From positions 62,001-126,000 of the IMG/VR virus record IMGVR_UViG_3300013093_000017: a stretch of 64,000 nucleotides of DNA; one strand, given 5' to 3'. A model generated the notes under the pieces. The model was given only the letters and a program-made list of their open reading frames with translations. It had not been told where the DNA came from and made no database searches. This document shows, piece by piece, positions 35,610-45,265 of the stretch. Position 1 is the stretch's first letter. Each line of letters opens with the position of its first letter. Position numbers and translations under genes: made by a program.

Positions 35610-35783
35610 ATGGATCCTATTAAATTTCGATATATACCTCCAAGTGGCAAATGGAATAGACTATTTGAAGCACAGAGAATATTAAACCTATCGGCTCAGC
35701 TAATAGAGCTTGATAGATTAGAACCAATTACTAACTTTACAGATGCATTGGCAGTCATTGCTGATATTAAGGATACACTTTGA
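35610..35783 (+). CDS. Small hypothetical protein (57 aa), not in ORF track
   Basis: MDPIKFRYIPPSGKWNRLFEAQ...; stop overlaps the uvsE start. Confidence 0.55.
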   Translation: MDPIKFRYIPPSGKWNRLFEAQRILNLSAQLIELDRLEPITNFTDALAVIADIKDTL

Positions 35784-36805
35784 AAAAAATTGGCTTTGCT
35801 TGTAAGTGGATTGACAGTACAGATCAGGTTAATGGTATTAAACCTACAGATGATGCTAAACAGTACAATACTGGTAGCACTACTGTGGCTTGGCTTAATC
35901 GACAAACACGTGATGTAGCTGAACAAAAGCTATGGGACCTAATGGTCCAAAATATCGAAAGTACACATAAATTAATCAACAAGGTTGGAGCATTAGATGA
36001 ATCGCTTAGGATGGTTCGTATCAGCAGTGATATATTACCAGTATATACAGAGTCTACTTGGAGTTATTTTTGGCGCCGCCCTGACGTCCGCAATTATTGT
36101 GAACAAGCGTTCGCTCAAGTGGGTAGCAGTGCTCGTAGCCTTGGGGTGCGCTTATCTTTTCATCCGGGTCAATTCACTGTTTTGGCAAGCGACAATCCAG
36201 ACATTGTCCAGCGCAGCATAGAAGAGTTTGAATACCATGCAGACATGATTCGCATGATGGGCTATGGTCAAAAGTTCCAAGACTTTAAATGTAACGTGCA
36301 TATTGCAGGTCGTCTAGGCTATCAAGGTATACTAGATGTGTACCCTAAACTAAGTGTTGAAGCACGTAACACTATTACTATTGAAAACGAGGAGATGAAA
36401 CATGGTCTTGATGATTGCCTCAATCTTGTCGATACTTTACCTATTGTTCTTGATATCCACCACCATTGGGTCCGCGAAGGGCATTACATTGATCTTAAGG
36501 ATGCCAGAATTGCACGCATTCTTGACAGTTGGCGCGGCCTGCGTCCTACGCTACACTATTCTGTATCCAGAGAAGACGTTCTCACCGCTCATTCATCTAG
36601 TACAGCTCCTAACCACAGCCTACTACTAGAGCAAGGCTACAAGAAAAGTAAGATGCGTGCGCACAGTGACTTCTATTGGAATACTGCGGTCAATGATTGG
36701 GCTCTTAGTTTCTTAGACAAGTTTGATATCATGTGCGAGGCAAAAGGAAAAAATTTAGCATCGTTTGCTCTTCACACTCGTGCTAAGGAACTTGGGCTCG
36801 TTTAG
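35780..36805 (+). CDS. uvsE: UV damage endonuclease UvsE/UvdE
   Basis: IGFAC, RISSDILP, SFHPGQF, IENEE, LDIHHH, RAHSD, MCEAK. Confidence 0.92.
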   Translation: MKKIGFACKWIDSTDQVNGIKPTDDAKQYNTGSTTVAWLNRQTRDVAEQKLWDLMVQNIESTHKLINKVGALDESLRMVRISSDILPVYTESTWSYFWRRPDVRNYCEQAFAQVGSSARSLGVRLSFHPGQFTVLASDNPDIVQRSIEEFEYHADMIRMMGYGQKFQDFKCNVHIAGRLGYQGILDVYPKLSVEARNTITIENEEMKHGLDDCLNLVDTLPIVLDIHHHWVREGHYIDLKDARIARILDSWRGLRPTLHYSVSREDVLTAHSSSTAPNHSLLLEQGYKKSKMRAHSDFYWNTAVNDWALSFLDKFDIMCEAKGKNLASFALHTRAKELGLV

Positions 36806-37361
36806 CTTCCCAATATTTGAGCATAGATTGTCGTTTCTTTTCTAATGCTTCAGGTGTATGTTTTCTACCTTTGTTTGATTTTCCTAACTCAGAAACTTGC
36901 TTCTTTCTATCAAGATTATCTACCCAATTTTTCTTAGAAGATTCTGTCCAGACTTTTTGATGTTCTTCACTTCTCGGTTTTGGAATACCTTTACAAGATT
37001 CTGATAAATTCTTTTTGTGCTCGTTGCTGCGTGGGGGTTTTTTGGTGCCTGTTAGTTTCTTGCTAATAACATCTCTTACCTCTTGACTTGGTGATTGACC
37101 ATCTCCACCATATGTTAAGTTTACAAGAGATCCACCATCTTGTTTTAGCCCATATTGCTGTATGAGTTTTTTCTCTAGATCAAATGCTTCTTTTTCGGAT
37201 AGGTGCTCGTGAAGAATTTGTATCTTACTATCATCTTTAGGTTTAATGTCAGCACCATTAGATCTTTTATGCGATACCCACGCACGATCTAATTTACCTT
37301 TTCCGATGTAGTAAGGTGTGTTATCTTCTCTTATATATTGATAAACGTAGTAAATATTCAT
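36783..37361 (-). CDS. GIY-YIG homing endonuclease with NUMOD3 repeats
   Basis: YYVYQY..PYYIGKG..R, NLTYGGDG; convergent with and overlapping the uvsE 3' end. Confidence 0.85.
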   Translation of the reverse strand: MNIYYVYQYIREDNTPYYIGKGKLDRAWVSHKRSNGADIKPKDDSKIQILHEHLSEKEAFDLEKKLIQQYGLKQDGGSLVNLTYGGDGQSPSQEVRDVISKKLTGTKKPPRSNEHKKNLSESCKGIPKPRSEEHQKVWTESSKKNWVDNLDRKKQVSELGKSNKGRKHTPEALEKKRQSMLKYWEAKRAQVP

Positions 37362-37398
37362 ATAGTTATTTATCACATTATGTGTGAAACTAAACTTA

Positions 37399-37427
37399 TT
37401 GACAATCTAATAATTAGATGTTATAAT
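37399..37427 (+). promoter_or_regulatory. sigma70 promoter
   Basis: TTGACA-17-TATAAT. Confidence 0.8.
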
Positions 37428-37460
37428 ACTAACATACGCTAAAGAAAAAGGAATAATTTA

Positions 37461-37688
37461 ATGGCCTCTGGGTGGTGGGGTAGTCCAAACTGGGCCGCAG
37501 ACTGGCATCCGTGGTCCTGGTATTCGAAGTTTGCTTGGTTTCCTCGAAAAATGGACAGCGGTCATTGGCTTTGGCTTAAAGAATACTATCACGGTCTTAG
37601 ATTAATCACCGGCCCCGGCGAGCCTGTGGTCTTACATCAATATATGACACCTCAACAATATACCTGGCACTGTCTAACACAGAGATAA
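37461..37688 (+). CDS. Trp-rich hypothetical protein
   Basis: SD AAGGA. Confidence 0.65.
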   Translation: MASGWWGSPNWAADWHPWSWYSKFAWFPRKMDSGHWLWLKEYYHGLRLITGPGEPVVLHQYMTPQQYTWHCLTQR

Positions 37689-37692
37689 ATAT

Positions 37693-37794
37693 TGCTGAGC
37701 GGTCAATAGGGCATCCGAGGATCCGCAAGCTATGAATTTTCCCTATTTCTTTTTTCAGCACAGCCAATGTGGCTAAACGGTAAATCGGCGCTCA
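37693..37794 (+). promoter_or_regulatory. Structured 5' leader of SOD gene (pseudoknot/switch candidate)
   Basis: AATAGGG/CCCTATT, GCGG/CCGC, TGCTGA/TCAGCA versus TGAGCG/CGCTCA. Confidence 0.4.
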
Positions 37795-37803
37795 CTAAAC
37801 ATT

Positions 37804-38349
37804 ATGTATAACTTTATCAGACAAATAACAGAAGGCAGACTAGGAAAAACACTTGAACGTGTTAAGTTAGCCTATCCACTCGACGGCCTGGGCAAAAGCC
37901 TTAGCAAACAAGCATTAGAATATCATTACGGTAAGTTATACAAGGCCTACTGCGATCGTTATAACGCAGGAGAAGGTGATGCAGACTTTAACGAAGCTGG
38001 TGCATACCTACATTCGATCTACTTTAGTCAGTTCCGTGCGCCAAAAGGCAGCAACAAGCCAGACGGTAGTGTGTTAACTCTTATTGAAGAACATTTCAAA
38101 TCTTGGGAGAAGTTCCAAGAGGCCTTTGAAAAAGCCGCAATGGCTATCCAAGGCAGTGGTTGGGTTTATCTTGCCAAAGATGGCGAAATTAAGACCATAA
38201 AAAACCACCAGATCAAAAAGGACATTGTAATCCTTGTTGACTGGTGGGAACATTCGTTTTGCATCGACTACCAGGCTGATAAAAAGGCCTATCTCAACAA
38301 TCAATGGAAGATCATTGATTGGTCTATAATCAACGCTAGACTTACTTAG
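37804..38349 (+). CDS. Fe/Mn superoxide dismutase
   Basis: YHYGK, LHSIYF, GSGWVYL, DWWEHSF. Confidence 0.88.
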   Translation: MYNFIRQITEGRLGKTLERVKLAYPLDGLGKSLSKQALEYHYGKLYKAYCDRYNAGEGDADFNEAGAYLHSIYFSQFRAPKGSNKPDGSVLTLIEEHFKSWEKFQEAFEKAAMAIQGSGWVYLAKDGEIKTIKNHQIKKDIVILVDWWEHSFCIDYQADKKAYLNNQWKIIDWSIINARLT

Positions 38350-38647
38350 TTTTCTTAGCCTTTGGTGCTTTTGGTGCTGCTGGTTTATTAGCACTAGTAG
38401 GTGTCTTAACTGCGCCATTTCCGCCTTTAGCCTTGCCTTCTGCCACTGCTGGTTTAGCAGTTTTCAAAGTCTTAACAGCAACCGGAGCCTTTGGTGTACG
38501 TGGTTTACGTGCAGGTTTAGCTGGTGGAATATATGTTGCTACTGGCGTTGCTTCAACTACAGGTGCTACAGGTGCTTCAACTTTATAAGGCGCTGCCGTT
38601 GCAACAACAGGTTTACCAAATAAAAGTTCTTTAAGTTTCTTTAACAT
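38342..38647 (-). CDS. Lys/Ala/Pro-rich histone-H1-like protein
   Basis: Low-complexity basic KAPKAKK tail; likely start 38647. Confidence 0.6.
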   Translation of the reverse strand: MLKKLKELLFGKPVVATAAPYKVEAPVAPVVEATPVATYIPPAKPARKPRTPKAPVAVKTLKTAKPAVAEGKAKGGNGAVKTPTSANKPAAPKAPKAKKTK

Positions 38648-38747
38648 CGTGTATTTCCTCATGAAAAAATTTACTGTGTATTTAATATCAATAAATATCA
38701 GAAACAATATTCTTGATTATAAGGTCGCAATACTATATAATATAACA

Positions 38748-39476
38748 ATGCTTAAAATAAAACATCTAACAACAGCAGTAGACGAACAAGAATTAATCAA
38801 CGATATTTCATTAGAAGTGAAAGCTGGCCAAATACACGCTATTATGGGGCCGGCACATTCTGGGAAATCTTATCTAGTACATTCAATACTTGGCGTACAA
38901 TCAGTCGCAACCAAAGAAGGTACTATTACGTTCAATAAGAAATCAATTGCCGATAAGAACGTATATGAACGAAGTTTATTAGGTATATTTGCTAGTTGGC
39001 AAGATCCTCCAGTTATAGACTTTGTTACTAATTTCGAGCTGGCCAAGATAATCCTTAGCGCACATAATGATCCAAGAACCCCAAATGACATTGAAAAGGA
39101 TTATAAGGCATTATGTGCTAAATTAGGTCTTAGTTCAAATCACGGCCATAAGATGGTCAATCACGATTCGTTGACCGTCACAGAACGCAAGAAGAATGAG
39201 ATACTACACATGTGGTTATTAGATCCAGAACTGATTGTATTGGATGAGATCGATGCCGGAGTCGAATCAGACGAATTAGAAACTATTGCAAAAAGTATTA
39301 AAACATTTCTTATAGACAAGACCAAAGCCGCAATTATTGTCACGCATAGCCAAAAGTTATTAGACATCTTAGAACCTACACATGTTCATGTTATGGTAGA
39401 TGGCGAGATCCGTGAAACAGGATCAACTGAATTATATAAAAGGATCGTAGAAGATGGCTATACACAGTTTTCTTAA
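38748..39476 (+). CDS. sufC: SufC-like ABC ATPase with degenerate signature motif
   Basis: HAIMGPAHSGKS, LDEIDAG, IVTH, HVHVMVDG; LTVTE in place of FSGGE. Confidence 0.8.
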   Translation: MLKIKHLTTAVDEQELINDISLEVKAGQIHAIMGPAHSGKSYLVHSILGVQSVATKEGTITFNKKSIADKNVYERSLLGIFASWQDPPVIDFVTNFELAKIILSAHNDPRTPNDIEKDYKALCAKLGLSSNHGHKMVNHDSLTVTERKKNEILHMWLLDPELIVLDEIDAGVESDELETIAKSIKTFLIDKTKAAIIVTHSQKLLDILEPTHVHVMVDGEIRETGSTELYKRIVEDGYTQFS

Positions 39477-40278
39477 AGCAGAGCGTGGAGACCCGGATTG
39501 GCAGTTTAGTCCGGAAGAGTATTTTGATAGAGAATTTAAGATCCTCGATGCCGCCATGGTCGAACTCGATGAAGATCAATCGGATCAAGTAGTATTACGT
39601 CAAACGCCAACTGAAAAAGAATTATTAGCAAAACATTTAAAGATCTTTGTTCGTTCAGGTGCAACACTTGATATTAATATCTTAAATGAAATGGATGCTG
39701 AATTACAGCAGGTATTCTTGTATGACGTGCATTTAAAGCCCGGTGCTATGCTTAATCTTGGTATATATGCCAAGAATGGCAAACTTAACAAACACATTGT
39801 ACAGGTTTATCAAGAAGAAGGGTCAATCTTTAGTTCATATGGTCTTATCTATAATGATTGTGCAGGTGACACCGAGATAGTGACCAAGATCATGCATCAG
39901 GGTGCAAACTCAGTTAGCAGTCAATCATTTATGGGAATAGCAGGAGGCGAGAGCCAAACTGTGTATCAAAGCATTGCAGTGGTAGATCCTGAGGGCGTTA
40001 ATGCTAATATTGGCATTGAAAGTTCTAATCTAGTAATTGATCCAACAGGCCGTTGCTATTCTAAACCCGAAACATTTATCAACTCTGACTATGTTAATTC
40101 GGGATATGCTTCAGAAACAGGTAATCTCAGCTTTGAAAAGATCAGTTACTTAGAAAGCAGAGGTATCGAATACCACGCTGCACGCAAATTAATCATATCC
40201 GCATTTAGAGATCAAGCAATTGATCTTATCCCACACGAAAATATCAGAGAAGAACTACGCGACATGTACACTGACTAG
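39454..40278 (+). CDS. SufB/SufD-like beta-helix protein (short, divergent)
   Basis: SKPETFI..D.V, YLESRGI...ARKLIISAF; coupled to sufC. Confidence 0.75.
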   Translation: MAIHSFLKAERGDPDWQFSPEEYFDREFKILDAAMVELDEDQSDQVVLRQTPTEKELLAKHLKIFVRSGATLDINILNEMDAELQQVFLYDVHLKPGAMLNLGIYAKNGKLNKHIVQVYQEEGSIFSSYGLIYNDCAGDTEIVTKIMHQGANSVSSQSFMGIAGGESQTVYQSIAVVDPEGVNANIGIESSNLVIDPTGRCYSKPETFINSDYVNSGYASETGNLSFEKISYLESRGIEYHAARKLIISAFRDQAIDLIPHENIREELRDMYTD

Positions 40279-40381
40279 TGTATCCTACAGTCTGTCCAAT
40301 CACTAAGGTTTTAGTTTTAGGTAAATACCTTAGTGATGTTATAAGCCAAATCTACGGTAAATATAGCAATAGAGGACAGAC

Positions 40382-43300
40382 ATGAGTAAGCAAATAATCA
40401 AGATTGGAACCCAAAGTAATGACGGTACAGGTGATAGTATCCGTGATGCGTTTAATAAAGCCAATCAAAACTTTAGCGAATTATATAGTTTATCGGGTGC
40501 AGAGAATGGTCTGTACTTTACTAAGAATCTAGTAGATACTCCTAAGACCTTAACAGCAGATACGTTAACCAATGCTGCTTCAATTATTGGGGTCAATATA
40601 CTAGGCAATAGTTTAACTAACAAGATATTAGTAGCAGGTACAGGAATATCAATTGTATCAACTGGCTCTAACATCTATATCAGCAACACTGCTTCAAACT
40701 TATTTTCCGATCCTGCTCCAACTTTAAGTGCTACACTTAATGGTAATAATCAATATGCTATTAACTTTAATGATCCTGTAAATCCTAAAGATCTTGCCAA
40801 CAAAGAATATGTTGACAAAACTTCATTTGCCAGTTCAATTAATCTATTTGTCAGTCTTTCAGGATCTGACACTAATGATATAACCTTTGGTGATCCTACT
40901 TCAGGCGGCAAAGGTGGTAGAGCATTGGCCTATGCTTTCAAATCAATCAATAAAGCATGTCAAGTAGCAGAAAAATTAGTTGCACAATCTAATTTAGAAT
41001 TAGGTCCTGATCAAAAATATATCACATACGGTCAGGCTAATAACGAATCTCTCATCCAAACTATTACTACCAGCACACGTATTCCGGGTAATCTTGTACT
41101 AAATGTAAACTACACTGGCAACGGCACAAATGCATGGATTGAAAATGATATCCACCCAGGTCAATATGTTAAAGGTATGACCAGCGGTGCTATTGGATTT
41201 ATTGATTATCTTTCTAATCAAGGTACCAACGGAGCATACGAATCTTACGATGTTAAAGTAATTGCACAGACTCCTCCAAAGACATTCCAAGCTAACGAAC
41301 CTTTAATGTATGGTAATCCGGTTGTTCTTTCGAATATTACAATTATAGTCGAGTCAGGCATCTATGAAGAGCATCTTCCAATTAAAGTTCCAGCAAATAC
41401 CTCTATTCGCGGTGACGAATTCCGCCGTGTAATTATTAGACCAAAAGCAGGATTGGCCAGTACTAGTCCTTGGGTAGGAACATATTTCTACAGAGATAAG
41501 ACATTTGACGGTTTGTCTGTTGCAACAACCGGAACATTAAGCGTAAATGGTAACGGATACTTTGGATATCATTATCTAGTAGATCCTACTAAACCATACG
41601 ACCCTATTACCAATCCGGGAAAAAATAACGAATTACTAGATGTATTGTTAATGAACGATCAAACGATCTTGCGTGCTGTCAGCGGCCAAGGTCACGGTGG
41701 ATTCATGGTGGTCTTAGATCCAGAAGGTCAAATCTTAACCAAATCACCATACATCCAAAATTGTTCAAGTATCGCTAGATCACTTAATACACAAACATTT
41801 GCCGGTGGTATGTATATCGACGGTATGGTCGGAAACTTGCAGGCATATCCAACTAATACTTCTACATTCTTTACTGGTACAACTACAATTAGCGTAACAG
41901 GATTAACTATTAGACAACCACAGGTTCCTTGTAGATTCGTTGTTAACGGTGTAGGATACGAAGTTGATTATGTAGAAGGTTGGTCAACAGACGGCAATGC
42001 TATACTACATCTTAACCCAAATAATCCAGGTGGTGTTAGTTATTATAATGGAATTATTCCTGTTAATTCAGGAACAGGATACACATCTGCTCCAACGGTA
42101 CAATTTTCATCACCACAGAGTGCAGGAGGAGTTGTTGCTCAAGGAACTGCTACTGTCGTTGGCGGTGTATTAACTCAAATTAATATTTCAAATCCAGGAT
42201 CTGGATATACTGCTACTCCAACTGTAACCCTTACAGGTGGTGGATATGCTACTCCTGCTACAGTAACATTATCTAGTTCAACTATACAAAAAGGATTTAT
42301 TGGCAACCTACCGTCAGTTATTGAAATCGGCACTGCTGGGTATCGTTCAGCACTTGCAGCAGACTTTACACAACTTAACGATCTAGGATACGGTGTTGTT
42401 GTAACTAACCTTGCGTTCTCAGAATTAGTATCTGTATTCACATACTTCTGTCATGCTGGTTATTATGCTAACAACGGTGCGCAAATTGGTTCATCAAACG
42501 GTGCTATCAAGTATGGTGATTATGCTTTAATATCAAACGGATCTGATACGCTGGAAGTACCAATTCCTATACGATTATCTAACAGCATGATCACTACTGC
42601 TACAGTAGTAAGTCAATCAAATACTTGGGGACTATACACAATAAACACAGCAAGTGATACTACTTTATATGTCAGCAACTGGGCATACGTTCCAAATAGT
42701 CAATCTATTATGACTGTAGATCACGGCACTGCTACCTACGCCAATGGACAAGTAATTGGTAGACAAGACTATACAATCAGTAGTGCTAACACAGTTACAA
42801 ATACCAGCACCATTGTACAACTTAATTTAAGTACTGCGGCTGGCTCATTAGGTGGTCTTCTTGCACCAATCGCTGATGGCACCAGCGTAATTATTAGAGC
42901 TAACAAGACCTTTACATTCTCAGGTGTAGATACTACCACAATTACAAGACCAGGTACTGCTTTAGATTTCACTGAATCACAATCGATAGCCTATCAAGTG
43001 TTAACATATGATACCGCTGGACAAGCAGCCGGTGTAGCTAATGTGGCCCTGAAAGAGCCATTTAACTACATAAGTTTAATTCCATATACTACCGCTACTA
43101 CAGGAACCACTGTATTACACATTGTTGCTCCTTCAACTAGCACCGGAATAACTACAGCTATCTCAGATAGTCAACGTTTAAACAATGCAGTATTATCTGC
43201 AGATACTACAGACAACTATATATTTGGTTGGAATAACCAAATACATACTATCACAGGATTTAATTGGTTAGGTAACAACACTGCTACTATTACAATTACT

Positions 43301-45262
43301 CCTGCGTTAACCGCAGTAGTTCCAGCAAATGTATCAAACAATACACTATATGCCGGCTTACAATCTAATCGCCCTGCTGAAATTTCAACAAGAATTTCAT
43401 TATTAAGAGCAACAGGACACGATTTTGTGGACGTAGGTACAGGTGGGCGCGAATCATCTAATATACCAAACGACATCTACGGACCTCCAAGAATTCCTCG
43501 CAATTCATCTAACGAAGTTATTCAATCTGGCAGAGGTCGTGTATTTGTTACAGCCACTGACCAAAACGGTAATTTCCGTGTTGGTGATCTGTTTGAGATC
43601 AATCAAGGCACAGGCGAAGCAACATTAAGTGCGTCAATATCATTAACTGGCATTACTGGATTAGGTTTTGAGTCTGGCGTGATTGTTCATAGATTTGACG
43701 ACAGTAATAGCACTATGAATCCAGCAGGACACGATGTTGTTCCTACACAATTTGCAGTAACTGAATATGTAGATCGTCGTCTAGGATTAACAGTAGCAGG
43801 TGGTGTTAGAGGTGACAAACTAGATTCTGGTTATTTAGATTTAACTGGTATTCAAGCAATGACCGGTGCTCTTAATATGGGCAGCACTGCTACAGGATAC
43901 ATTTATAATCTACAAACTCCACCATATGGCATTAATACCACTGCAACATATTATGCTACTAACAAAGTTTATGTAGATACTAACGATGCATTAAGAGTAG
44001 CAAAAGCCGGCGATACAATGTCAGGCACGTTAATTCTGTCACGTGATCCAGTTTATACTGATCCGATGACACAGGCAACCACTCGTCATTACGTTGATCA
44101 ATATAGACAGGTAAGTGTATTAAGTGACGTTGCTTTAAACAATGTAGCTGATACTGATCTATTAATGTTTGCTGGATCTTTAAGTGTAAACACAGCAACT
44201 AGCCAACCAATATGGAATGCTACTCGTCAGATCATAAACGTTACTAATAGTTCAACATCTAATATTGCTATTACACGCTCAGGAAATACAGCGGCGCTAT
44301 CAATTAAAGCAGGTAACATTATTGATTCTATGATTAGTTCTAGTGCTGCTATTGCACAGACTAAACTAGCATTGAATACTGCTAACGTATTTGGCAATCA
44401 AGCAGGTAGTGTTGGCAATCTTGGAGTTTCTGCGTTTGATTCTGCGTTCTTTAAAGCCAATAGCGGATTTATATCCCTAGCAGCCGGTACTGGAAATACT
44501 CCTAATGCTGTTATAGTGTCTGATGGGTCAGGAATAGTTTCTTGGCAATCAATTGCAACAGTAGTCAGCGGAGCAACAGTTAGCACATCTACCTATGCTG
44601 TACAATTACAAACAGCAAGAACTATTAACGGTGTATCATTTAACGGTACAGCGAACCTTACTAATGTTCCAGTAGCCAACGGATTAACAGCAGGATCTTA
44701 CCTGTTATCAAACAACCTTAACGCATTTACTGGTAGCACTGCTACTACATTCTCAGTTAATGCTTCTACAGATACTACTGCTAATACCATTGTTGCTAGA
44801 GATTCATCAGGTAACATTACTGCCAACGGTTGGACAGGCAATTTACATGTAACTGGTCAGATCACAGCTACCAACAGTATTACATCGTTTGGCGCTGACG
44901 TTGCTGAAAAATATATTGCTGATGCCGACTACGAACCAGGTACTGTGGTAGTGTTTGGTGGTGCAAACGAAATTACTATTTCAACTGAACACATGGATCG
45001 TAGAGTTGCTGGTGTTATTTCAACTGATCCAGGTTATTTAATGAACGTTGGAAGTTCTGGCTTGCCAGTAGCATTACAAGGACGGGTACCTTGTAAGGTT
45101 GTAGGTTTGATCTACAAGGGCGATATGATGATTAGCTCAGGTACTCCGGGAGTTGCAATGGCTGAAAATAATCCTAAGATGGGTACAGTAATAGGTAAAG
45201 CATTAGAAGATTACCATAGCACAGAGGTTGGTACAATCGAAGTTGTTGTAGGAAGATTATAA
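40382..45262 (+). CDS. Large virion structural protein (tail fibre/baseplate-associated)
   Basis: N-terminal IGTQSNDGTGDSIRDAFNK, GSGYT repeats, C-terminal DVAEKY...GRVPCKV...GKALE domain. Confidence 0.8.
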   Translation: MSKQIIKIGTQSNDGTGDSIRDAFNKANQNFSELYSLSGAENGLYFTKNLVDTPKTLTADTLTNAASIIGVNILGNSLTNKILVAGTGISIVSTGSNIYISNTASNLFSDPAPTLSATLNGNNQYAINFNDPVNPKDLANKEYVDKTSFASSINLFVSLSGSDTNDITFGDPTSGGKGGRALAYAFKSINKACQVAEKLVAQSNLELGPDQKYITYGQANNESLIQTITTSTRIPGNLVLNVNYTGNGTNAWIENDIHPGQYVKGMTSGAIGFIDYLSNQGTNGAYESYDVKVIAQTPPKTFQANEPLMYGNPVVLSNITIIVESGIYEEHLPIKVPANTSIRGDEFRRVIIRPKAGLASTSPWVGTYFYRDKTFDGLSVATTGTLSVNGNGYFGYHYLVDPTKPYDPITNPGKNNELLDVLLMNDQTILRAVSGQGHGGFMVVLDPEGQILTKSPYIQNCSSIARSLNTQTFAGGMYIDGMVGNLQAYPTNTSTFFTGTTTISVTGLTIRQPQVPCRFVVNGVGYEVDYVEGWSTDGNAILHLNPNNPGGVSYYNGIIPVNSGTGYTSAPTVQFSSPQSAGGVVAQGTATVVGGVLTQINISNPGSGYTATPTVTLTGGGYATPATVTLSSSTIQKGFIGNLPSVIEIGTAGYRSALAADFTQLNDLGYGVVVTNLAFSELVSVFTYFCHAGYYANNGAQIGSSNGAIKYGDYALISNGSDTLEVPIPIRLSNSMITTATVVSQSNTWGLYTINTASDTTLYVSNWAYVPNSQSIMTVDHGTATYANGQVIGRQDYTISSANTVTNTSTIVQLNLSTAAGSLGGLLAPIADGTSVIIRANKTFTFSGVDTTTITRPGTALDFTESQSIAYQVLTYDTAGQAAGVANVALKEPFNYISLIPYTTATTGTTVLHIVAPSTSTGITTAISDSQRLNNAVLSADTTDNYIFGWNNQIHTITGFNWLGNNTATITITPALTAVVPANVSNNTLYAGLQSNRPAEISTRISLLRATGHDFVDVGTGGRESSNIPNDIYGPPRIPRNSSNEVIQSGRGRVFVTATDQNGNFRVGDLFEINQGTGEATLSASISLTGITGLGFESGVIVHRFDDSNSTMNPAGHDVVPTQFAVTEYVDRRLGLTVAGGVRGDKLDSGYLDLTGIQAMTGALNMGSTATGYIYNLQTPPYGINTTATYYATNKVYVDTNDALRVAKAGDTMSGTLILSRDPVYTDPMTQATTRHYVDQYRQVSVLSDVALNNVADTDLLMFAGSLSVNTATSQPIWNATRQIINVTNSSTSNIAITRSGNTAALSIKAGNIIDSMISSSAAIAQTKLALNTANVFGNQAGSVGNLGVSAFDSAFFKANSGFISLAAGTGNTPNAVIVSDGSGIVSWQSIATVVSGATVSTSTYAVQLQTARTINGVSFNGTANLTNVPVANGLTAGSYLLSNNLNAFTGSTATTFSVNASTDTTANTIVARDSSGNITANGWTGNLHVTGQITATNSITSFGADVAEKYIADADYEPGTVVVFGGANEITISTEHMDRRVAGVISTDPGYLMNVGSSGLPVALQGRVPCKVVGLIYKGDMMISSGTPGVAMAENNPKMGTVIGKALEDYHSTEVGTIEVVVGRL

Positions 45263-45265
45263 AAT

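Noticed and set aside
37693-37794. SAH riboswitch
   Set aside because: The 3' CGGCGCTCA resembles it, but the GAGGAGCGCTGC and CCAGGCTC elements are missing and the downstream gene is SOD, not ahcY.
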